From Laetmonice hystrix (Eukaryota), in assembly GCA_965235115.1 (NCBI GenBank), contig OZ249438.1, positions 32,054,001-32,118,000 of the forward strand: a stretch of 64,000 bases of DNA, written 5' to 3'. The notes under the pieces were generated by a model. That model saw only the letters and a list, made by a program, of their open reading frames with translations, was not told the DNA's origin and made no database searches. Shown in pieces: positions 53,221 to 64,000 of the stretch. Position 1 is the first letter of the stretch. Each line of letters begins with the position of its first letter. Both the position numbers and the translations under genes were made by a program.

Positions 53221-56200
53221 CGTGGAGACAAACCAAATTTGACTCCCATTCGGACGAACTCTACTGGCCCTGAGTCAATACCTTGAAGCTGTTTAGACTG
53301 GGCCTCCGTTGATGCACACTCCAAGTTTCAAAAACAAACAAGTCATCCAGCTAATACAAGTTAAGCCGTGGAGCAGCCTGGAAAGGTTTCCAGTGTCACA
53401 CAGCCTTCCAGGATTAAGTGCAAGCCTGTGGACTTGTCACACATTCCCTCACTTGGTTTTTCACTGTAAAAGTTCCGACCGTTATTTAAAGTGCACTGTG
53501 AGGATGGTATTTAGAACCAATATTTACACCAGCCCCACCCCAATTCTATCCGGAACAGTGGTATTCATGAGAAATCTTTACCCAGAAATCAATACGTTGA
53601 CTGTCATCTTCCCTTCACAAGAGAAATAAAATATCTGCTCTGGCCTAAATAAGAGAGCTCTTATCAAGCTTTTAATAAATAGCCTGTCAACGGGGCACTA
53701 AATCTTGTCCACTACGATAACATTATCTTAAATTAATACCAGAAGCCTGTATCAGTACAGAAACATGTTCTCATATACTGAAGTTACATTATCTTGCAGT
53801 TTATTTCGGCAGCATATATCTTAACATATACTAAATATCGGTTGTTATTCCTTCGACAACATTCAGAGCTCTACCTCACTGTGGCCGTTTCTCTGGTAGG
53901 TACTTTATGGAATCTGGCTTGTCACATCAAGGGGTCACTCACGGCCCGGCGTGACAGACACGCTGAGGTCAGCCAGCTAATTGTAACATGATCAAAAGAC
54001 CCCATAATCTCTTGATTGCCGTTTCAAGATCTGTCCATCACCATACCAACGCCTCTGTCGCAATTTTATCTGTCCCTGCAAACCTGTCAGTGTTCTCTGG
54101 CTTTCAGCCTAACAAAGTAGGCGGCAATCTGTGGTATGCTACCAGGGCTGGGGCCTCAGGTCAGGGGTGTGGGGTGTGGTGGAAAGGGCAGGGGGTAATC
54201 TCCCCGACCACGAGGGTTTCTATATGTGCCCTTTGAACTACCGTTGCCTTGCATTATCAATGTGCCAATTAATGGCAGTTGACACTGGCGACCCCTGGTG
54301 ACAGAAACACCAGTTGCGTAGAGTCGGGCAGGGGGCGGGCCTGGCGGTCTCTCCCTCCACTCCGGGAGAGTCGGGGTCTCGTCACACACCCTGAATTCCT
54401 GGCTGACATTAGTATGGGATCTATTTGAATCACCTTCTGCCCGCCTTTGATGTCCCAGGCATTAAGGCGCTAAGCAAACCGCAACTTACTGAATCGCACT
54501 TCTAGACGTTTCTGCCTGGGGTGACAGACGATATGTATATCACATGGAGCCCTAATGGTTGGAATGTTTCTGTCTACTGGGGAATTATAATGCTTCCTCC
54601 CGTGCTATTATCCATCACCACTAATGCGTCCTGTGACATGCGTCTCTGCGACATTTTAAAAGTCAACCCTAGAGGCCCCAAGAATGCCTTCTTGCTGACA
54701 ACCGTGGACTATGGATGAGCACATTACCATTCAGCAAGCCCTGGGAGGCTTGGGACCAGACCACAGCTACTATTTCTGTCCGTGTACGTATCTTTGTCTC
54801 AGGGATCCAGCTCGCCTTGAGCATTGACGGGAGTGGGGAGCAATCCCATGACAAGTCCTACATCTGTCAAAGACCACTCCAGTTGAGTTTACATGAATGA
54901 ACAGCTCGGTAAATAACGCCTTGTGACTTTCAGTACGAAAGCAACCAAGATACTTACATACTTGTATTATATATTATATCCTAATTCGTAGAAAGACTTC
55001 ACTGCTTTATGACAGAGGCCAGGCCTTTGACCGACTACCGTTATACACTGAAGGTTAAATAGGTGTTATTACAAAGCCATCTTCCTGGATCACAAATTCC
55101 CCCTTTCTCCATCGAGAGAGACTTTGATTGTATCTCATATACGGCAAACCCGGATATTGATGGCATTCATCAAAATCGCCTTGAGAGGCTGATTCCCTGG
55201 AAGTCGGGATGGGGAGGAGGGCTGAAGGTTCCCCTATTCATGTTTAGCATTGAGACCACCATGTCGAAGCCTCCTCAGAGAGGTGACAGACTCTGAGCCT
55301 GTCCAGAGTCGACGACTATCACGTGTGTACAAACACTCAACGCTCCCGATTCATGAAGTGAGCCCTCTCCATAAAGTGGCGCGGCCTGATTGCCTCACAA
55401 TGCAACAGTTCGTCGCGCAGTGTTATGTAAAACACCCATAGCTCCCCCCTCATCCTCACTGCCTGACGTATCGTCCCCCAGGATGCCTTCAAGGCACACG
55501 TATCTGGTGGCCTTGACCTTTGACCCAGTCCATTAAGCCCTGCCCAGTCCGATTGCCCGCCACTTGTTGCTTGGTTCACACTGCCAGCATAAAAACTCCT
55601 GACGAGTGCTGCCAGTCGGCGAACGTTTCTTTCTCTCTCGTCTACGGGTGGCAAATCATCGGTAGACCGTAGTACTTCTTGGAAACAGGAGGCAAGCTGA
55701 CTGTGAAATGGCTGGCCTCTGACGGCGGGTGGGGTGTTGTGGGGTGGGGTGTTGTGGGGTGGGGTGGGGTAGGGACCCCACGGGAGAAAGCAGCAATTCC
55801 TGGATTGTGTTTGAGCGGTTTGAGGCATGGTGGCATGGCTGGTGTCGCGGGCGGTACATAACATAGTTTCAAAACATGTCCGAGGATGAGATGTCTCACC
55901 CTCCCCTCAGAGACAGAGTTCTGTCGGTACATCGACCCACCTGCATGAGTGCAACCGACGCTTCTCCACGTTAATATGCTGATTTCCTTGTATGAAATTA
56001 TGCTACATCGTATAAGAGCACAGGTATGTATTTCACTCAATCAACACCATCGGCACTCTAAAATAACAGACGCGTTCACCCTTTTAAAGTAAACTCATAT
56101 AATTCTTCCATTTTCTGTAATGTACTCCAGTAGTTAGACCGACTTAAACCAACAGCTCACACCTTCCTGCAGGCCATTCACAGTCCCAGTGACAGCCAGA

Positions 56201-56777
56201 CTAACACATTAAATGCTCCACTGCCCAAACCTGGGATGGCTTATCTCCCAATGGTCAGCCTCCGTCCGTATCAGCACCCACCCTAACCCTGCCCTGTGGC
56301 TACTTCCAACTGACCAGTGAACCTGAGGATCGTGGGAGAGCCGGTTTGGATCCGCTGCCCTGGAGGGTTGTGAGGGTAGGGTTGCTGTGGCGCCTTGGGG
56401 GTGATACCCGCGCCCTATCATCCCCGGTATCGTCACTTCGGAGATGGTCCGCCAGGTTTTTATAACCAGGCACTATTTTCACATCATCTACCTTTTCACT
56501 ACTTCAGGACATCTAGGATTCGTATGTTTTAAAAATATTCCACAGCAAAATACCTCTCAGTCCTTAATTCCTTAACTGAATCTCGATGGCATTTGCGTAG
56601 TCTCAGTAGTTGGGGGGGGGGGGGGTCAAAACAGGTAGCCTGCGGACGACTCTCTAAAAAGAAGCATTGCTAGAGGAGCGCTGTCTGCTAAAGAGGGTCG
56701 ACGAAATGTTTAGAGAGGACAAGTGACAGATCAACGTCTTAATTGGTCCAGTAATTCCACGCCTGCAAGTGTCAGAA

Positions 56778-56927
56778 ACGTAAGCCTGATTAGTGTGGAG
56801 AGTCACGTGGGTGACGTAAAAGGGCACAGCGTTTGTATAACGTCATCCCGACGTGCCGTCCCCCAGGACCCGGCGTACGTCACATTCCTCACGTTTGGAT
56901 TGGTCCTTGACTAACCTCTCTTGACGT
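56778..56927. promoter_or_regulatory. ACGT-core (CRE/E-box) motif cluster
   Basis: Eight ACGT in 150 bp, including CACGTG at 56804 and four TGACG/CGTCA half-sites, plus ATTGG at 56899. Confidence 0.4.
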
Positions 56928-59900
56928 GTCTAGGCCCCCCGCGGCCTCGCCACTGACCAGGAGGAGGTGTCAAACCTGGCGTCCACTACACTGGTCACTG
57001 CAGGCCCCTACAAACCATGACATAACGAGTACAGCTGCTGGAGATGCAGGTTACAGATTGTCCACTTGACTTGGCCACCTGTCACAAGGCTTCATACCGG
57101 AGGAAGCTGACATGGCACAACAGGTACTGGAAGCCTCCAGCCCGCAGTGCTAGGACAACAAGCCTCCTGCTGGAGGAGCTGGGGGAGTATCAGGAGTGAG
57201 AAGATAGAGTCACCCGACACCTGACCAGGACCCTCATTACAGGTCCTCCCAGTGATCGGAACATCATCAAGTTACACTGGCCCCTCCTCAACCCATTATC
57301 AGTCTCATTTATCTTATCGTGTCAATGAATGCTGTAGCAATTAAAGACTATTACAACGCCAAGTGAAATGCCAGTGAAAATGATCACATTGCATTGAAAT
57401 TCATCTGTAAAATGAGATATTATACATGAATTCGGCGGCAAGCTAAACCTAGATAATACTGATGGAGGACACTGCTGCATGGTGACTCGGGTTGACAATG
57501 GGGAACTTTGATAAGCAGTTCGTCATTCATCAGCCAGTTGGCGCCAGGCATACCCAGTCCTGGCTGGTGCATTGAAATATCCCAGAAGCAGTAAGTTTGT
57601 TACTCGTCCGCCAAATTTCCCATTCCGCGCCACCATTATCTGACAGACTTACATAATGATGGGCAGTCAATGAAGTCGCCGCTGCTCAATCAGAGTTAAA
57701 TTCATTCTATTGCAGAAACAATTTCTACGTCTATTTTCGCCGTAAGGGGCATAAATAACCTAACTGCACTGTCAGTAACACAGATTGACATCTTTTTTTA
57801 CTGAAGAGAAGCAAAAAATCTGCTCTTCATCAACTTAAAATAAATTTAATACAAAATCATCCAAATAAATTTAAGCATTCCTCCGTAGGTGGCAGAGGAA
57901 AATGTAGAAATCTCATAGCTGAAACACGGATGGCTTGTAGAGTAACCATTCGAGAGATCAGACAATGATTAGTGCGCGTCAGTAACGCCTCGGATGAGTC
58001 ACAACGTCAGGTTATCTAACGTTACTCTGAGGGAATGAAACTCATCATGTCTGAGCTGGGGGGGGGGGGGGGGGTGAAAGCCTGCCAGGTGTTATCCCAG
58101 GATCCAAGAATCCCCTCCTCCTGGGTCTGATTCCAGGCTGTAACCCACTCCCGCCTGTGGTCTCCCCTTCCCCCGCCGCCGGCGGGATGGGTCGCCGCCC
58201 CATGTCACGGCCCGACCCGCCACCTTTGAAGCCGTTCGATCTCCGTGATCCGTGATGGAGACCCCACTGACCCAGACAACCAACCCTTACCTTGGCCTCG
58301 GGCGGCGTGCTAATCCTCATCACCGACAACCTGGCTCGCTTACACGGCTCTACTTTGAAGCCAGATCCCCAGCCGCGCCCAACGCGTTTCCTGATCCCTG
58401 ATTTCGTGACTGCCAATTTAGTGTTATTATGTATGATGGCTCGGGTGCATGGCTCGTGGCTCACCCTCAACAGAAGTTGACAGCATGTCAAATACGGCAC
58501 TCTGTCTAACATGTGTTCGGATAAATGACACACATGATGCCTGGCCAGGCTTCCATTAAAGTGCCAATTTACTTGATAATCTAATTATCATTAATTACCA
58601 TAAAGCCAGGGGGTATTTACCTGCATCAGTGACTCTCAATCTTCCCACGCACCTATTTCAATAATATCGGGGTAAATGGCGAATTACAGCTGCAAGGCGA
58701 CAAAAAGGAGCAGATCATTACTGGATCAGTTTACTTTGCGCGACGCTTTACTAAATCTTATCCGCGTTTTTCTGGGTTCATTTTAAAAAAACTACTTAAT
58801 GGGCCTGACTTGAACGCACCTGAAAAACTAGGAAGACTGCAGATTGAAGGACACTGCCAGGGGCTTCTCACTTTTTACCATTGTCTACAGTGACTTCCAC
58901 TCTCTGCCTGGAACGTTTCCTTTTCTTATCCCCGAGTACAAAAAAAACCTGATTCTTTTACAGCTGTATTTCTATTAGTAATGTGAGGTCAGAGTGTCAG
59001 TACCTTTGTCATCAGTTATATAATGGCACACTGGAGATTTCCGAGATAAAAAGCATTAACTCGAATGAAGCCGCTTTGTCGTCATATCGTCGATGGAAAG
59101 ATTGCCTACGTAACATGTGCACAGCTTGATAAATTTCCCCCTTTATCTGTTTATGTAAGGATGAGCCATAACCAATCTCTGGTATATGTAAGTGTATTTG
59201 GGCTCCGAGCCAACTCTTTTGATGTTCTCATTATCTGTGTGTTATCACGGGATAACGGGCCTTTACGGATTTGCAAACTTAGGCGCAAAGAGTTCCAGAA
59301 AATTGTTCCAAGAATACACATGATACTAAAAGAAGCTACAGGTGCACCCTGAGATTTAACAGTGAACTTTACCATGAACCTTACTGAAAACATATGAGAA
59401 TTTCATTTTGGGGAATTAAAACTTGTGTTGGTTATTGTGTTAACGCAAACATTCATGTAATGATCGTCAATCATCTTTGATTTAAAAGCTGGGGATAAAG
59501 CAAGCCGAGTACGTGGGTGATCTGGCGTGGTGGAATCTCCATCAGGTCTGGCTGGCTCTCAGCACCCGTGGCCATGGAAGGTGTCACTGCAATGACCTAA
59601 GGCAGATCGACGGGGGCGGCACGTGAACGCCACATGGAATCAAAGCCGGGAGAACAAGGCCGAGACACCGGGCACTCGGCTTTTATCGGCCGGCCCTCTG
59701 ATGTCGGGGCCGCTGTGGCGCTCGCCCTCCCGACACCGCTACCCCAGTACCTCAGCCGATACCTTCCTTATCTTCTAGGAACCCCTCGAGGTCATCTACA
59801 GGGAAACTGCTTCAATTAGCCATGTCATTGGCACATCTGTCAAAACACTGCAAAGACCTAAAATTGTGGGAAAATAAGGGGGAGGGAGCACAGACCTATG

Positions 59901-62900
59901 TGGTTCCACTCTCGTTTTCCCCTCTCTGAAGCACAGAAACGTTGTTTCAACGCTAACAGGTGCATCGGTGGGCTCGGCCACTCTGAAACTGGTACCGATG
60001 CAACCTATCTCAATGCAATGCGCGTTTTTTTTTCAGTCGATGTCATGTAATTTGTCAGGATCAGTAAACTACATTCGAATACAGTCTGGATAACCCCAAA
60101 TGGCGGGAAGTTTCTTTTCTCACTCCTGATGCCAGTCACAGACAGTGAGAGATGAGCTGATACTGACAGCAGTTCTTCCACCGCATGCAACCTCTCCTCC
60201 ATGGAGCTTAAACACTGCATTCAGTTAGGCCTTGGATACAGGGGTCTTTGAACTGTTTCTGCAGGAGTTGTATCATTTAAACACTACATGCACGTGTTAG
60301 CGGAGATGGCAATCGGCATCCCCACCCCAACTATCATGCACTCTGGGAAAAATAAAAAATAAAAAATGTAAAAAATAACTTGGATTTGCTTAACCTGACC
60401 CAGACTACTATGACTGCAGGAGGAGTCACCAAGTTATGCACGCCCACGAAAATCCTTACCGCCCAGCTTATGCAATGAATACATTATCTGGCACTTTTTT
60501 TCCATCAGCAGGGCCGGCATATCAAGGTGTCCGATCTTCGTGGGGTAAGGGGAAATGATGAAAAACTGACACAGGATTGTCAACTTTAACTAAATACCCC
60601 CCGTTCTCACAGCTTGACCAAGTCTTTTCGTTTTAAGGTGCGTTCTCAAATTCCATGACATCCTATTTCGAAGAGCAAAAACAACGATCTATGGTGTATA
60701 AAAGATTCAAGATTAAAATATCCGACAAACGTACATTAACACACTAAATACTCAACATGAACGCATAGACCTTCCTTACTGTCCTCCTTAGGTTTAAGGA
60801 CAAGGACAAAAGTCATTTAAAAGGTCACATTTGATTGACACCAGCAATCATAAGTGTTTCCTTTGAAGTCTCCTATTTGGGATATCCTATTCCTTGCAGT
60901 CCTTGGCAATACTGAATCCATAATGATATTGCTGACACCTAGCGAGAAACACAAGTCAGACCTTAAGGGCCTAATTTCACATGTTTCACAGCAAACTGAT
61001 AACCCCCTGGTGGCAGACGAGGGAATTTCTTGCGAGGATACTTGTTACATGATATTTATTGTGTGTACTACTGAGAACCTATAAGGCGATCGTTATTAGA
61101 GTTAAGGGCTGTAAATATCATATGTCCTATCCGTTTTGACATATCCGACATGCAAGTCACGCAGTATGCTTCCTCGTGGTAAACTTAAGAGCCCTAAGGC
61201 TGCTTCTGATGACCAAAACTGGCATCTGTAAGATCAAATCTTGACAAATTCTCCTGAGTGGGGGCCACGACCTCTCCCTTGAGATTCCTTAGAACTTTGT
61301 AGCCAAGATTGTCCCTTCTCCCTTATCAAAATTGATACAGTGTACGTAATTATAAACCCCCCTTATCTCCCTCATCTACTCGTCCAGAATGGCAGTCATT
61401 AGGGGATAATTTTCAACGGGTGCCGCAAGTTTTTGACGGGAGTCCGCCGCACTCAAGTGTATAACGTCGGTTGATGGAAAATGTCACATGGTATTAAATC
61501 CGTAACACTTTTTGCTGCCGGGATGACGGGCATATCTCACCAGGGTGATGCAGCCCTCGCTTGTCCCCTCAGCCAGGGCACATATTGCGGGCTGCACCTA
61601 TCTAAATGAACAAAGTAATGAACAGAACCGGCGGGGCACTTATCTCAAACACATCGGCCCGTCGTCAGGTCCAATTCTTTTACTCGCCCCGTTATCACCT
61701 TACATCTGGTAACTTGCCACTTCCGAACCGGTAACGTACTGGAAGGGCCACTTCCCATGTTTTCACGTGTTTCTGTTAATCAAAGCCTGCTCTTTGTGTA
61801 CGTTCTACTCATTCTTAACTCAAAAAGAAGAAAGCAAAAAGGCGACTGTCAAGGAGATATATTTTTCCGATAATAAACCGTAAATTTCCATGACGATTAA
61901 CACTTATCTTTTACAATATTAGGGTAATTGAGTTTGTCGCTAGCCGAGAGCATGAACAATGGCATAAATCAAACAGTTAGATATCACTATAACGGTACTG
62001 GTCGACGGAATGGCCTGGAGGGCTGTCAACCTCATTAAAATCGACCCCATTTCGATCCTATTTCAGTGCTCCACATAAAGTTTTTCTCTTTCTCAAATTG
62101 CATCATTTGCGACCAGACAGCTCTTTCAATCACATCTTTAATATGACATAGACCCGAGTTAAGTATCTGTATAAATATGCTATACACAATGTTTCCGCTT
62201 CAGAACGATTTGCACCATTCCAGCGCAATGAATTCTCACTCTGTGAGCCTATGTGGTTTATATGTACAAGATAGAAGGCAAGGCACTAGTATTCACTACA
62301 GATAACCTTCATCAGTAAAGAGACATGTGCTGACACCTTATGGCAAAAATCCAGAACTCTACACTTAGTGTCATGAAAGTGGGATTTCCACCGTACAGCT
62401 TAAAATATAGTTTCCCGCTCACAAGTGTCTGACATAATGGTTCAAAAATAAAGATCATTCCTAGACATGACTACGGGCCAGCCTTTGTCTTTAATCATCT
62501 AGTGCTTCATGTTCCCTTACTCAGGGGGCTACACACTTGGGGGTGACATAGGTTTTATTTTACACCCCCAGATGTTGGCAGTCAGCTATGGTCAGTCAAA
62601 CAGCCAAATTCTACTGCTGTCAAAGCATGGGGTCAGCTGCAGTGTCTTAGCATCATCCACCGACATTTACAGCATTCTGTCTCACCAGCCACAGTCAATC
62701 GTGGACAGGTCATTGCTGGTCGATTAGGCAGGTATGCTAGAAGCTGTCCAAACAAGCACGCTCCATAAGCCTGCATACAAACTCCACATGCAGGTAATGG
62801 TCAGTCAACGTCATGGAATACCAATTAGTCATTCACGGTCAGCCACTTTCTGCTGGGCCAGCCGCGCTAACCGACATCAAATGTCTCCTTCATAGGGAAA

Positions 62901-64000
62901 TCACCTGGACCTTACAGGACATACAAGACACTTTGTATTGGTTCCAAGCATCTATTTTACTATCCGCTCCATCTGTGTAAACATGGAGCCACCACTCAGG
63001 GGTCGAATCCCGGAACAGTTCGCTCGGTGTTCAGGAACTGGTCCTAGGATGTGCATTCATCCAACGAGACAGCCGTCTCTCGGGTTTCAACACAGCACGA
63101 CACGGGGTGTTCAATTTGCATAAATCCAGGGACCACACCAGTAAATTAAAAAGATCCGGGCCGGTAAGGTTTCCTAGAAAAACCTTTTGTAGGGACGCTT
63201 TTTGGAACATAAGGATTTTTTTATTAGAGCATAATTTCTTTAACTAAAACACGTACCGGACCCCAACACAGGAATGAGAACATTTCAAGATGTACTTTAA
63301 CTAAGTTAGGTCTTGTGTATTTTTCCATAATATCACCAATATAGTGTTGACGTGACTGTATCCAAACGACTGGCCTTCTGAACCAGCAGTCCATCAACGT
63401 GTCCACAACTACAATACATCCAAACTACTAGCTATTCTCTACGACTACGGATCACCCTGAACCCTGCAGGTTCACAATGTACCAGTATTTACACGGTCGG
63501 CAACTTACATCACCATCAAGAGATATAAGACTAATAACAAAGATACCAGTTTAATTATTGGATGATCTTTAAGATATTTAATCCCCAGCCCTTCGCCATA
63601 GCAGCTGGTAGCATCTCTAGTTGATTAACAAACGGTGCCTCTGTTTGTTAATTGTATATGGTTGAGATTGACATGCCTGTGTGACACCTTCAGAGGGCGG
63701 CGGTCTCAGCAACGGGCCAGCTGTGTTAATTACCATGGCAATGAGATAATGGTGGTATGAGTACGCCATTGCCGCCTTGTTGTGGTGAACCTGTGTTTGT
63801 TTACCCCCCGACTGGTGTGGGCTTGAGATCTGATGGCAGACCTAGCGGCGGGCCAATGAGGCTGGCTAACTGATGTGACAGTGAAGGTAAACTTGTACAG
63901 TGACAGATGGGGCCGCGTGGACGGCTGATTCACACTCGCTTAATGAGACGTGAGACCGCCACAAATCACACACTATCTGCTCACAGATCATTCCTACTAC

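Noticed and set aside
54740-54854. MLKASWIPETK resembling a DIRS motif preceding the recombinase
   Set aside because: It is one short motif with no supporting neighbours.
55337-55864. 175-aa ORF containing LAALVRSFY, resembling ASVVRKEF
   Set aside because: There is no Walker B (ILDS) context, and the ORF includes a simple 15-bp G-rich repeat.
60005-60220. MEERLHAVEELL as the upstream RAD51B exon (human RIESLEEEI...)
   Set aside because: The LDSVASxVRKEF and LKYLAE motifs do not follow, and there is no suitable donor.
62990-63020. GGTCGAATCCC as the B box of a tRNA or SINE
   Set aside because: There is no A box and no cloverleaf stems.

Overview
Metazoan (probably invertebrate) genomic DNA, largely intronic or intergenic, with GT-AG introns and one 225-N assembly gap. 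The only gene I can support is the 3' half of RAD51B on the minus strand. It has three exons with canonical splice sites and compatible phases: 45576-45672, 37543-37664 and 37072-37150. They encode VVVTNQITTR...ALGNTWSHSVNTRLIVQYLD...VAKSPVAP. A weak candidate terminal exon lies at 23673-23740. I found no 5' exons, so they are probably right of the window. The rest is heavily decayed retroelement fragments, MITE-like inverted repeats, mini- and microsatellites (a 34-bp array and a >500-bp interrupted CTG/CAG tract) and dense motif clusters (CCAAT, E-box, GC-box, CRE) that look regulatory. Most ORFs in the supplied track are spurious. I found no convincing new biological system. The best leads are a possible nested promoter and several candidate enhancers in and around the RAD51B introns.
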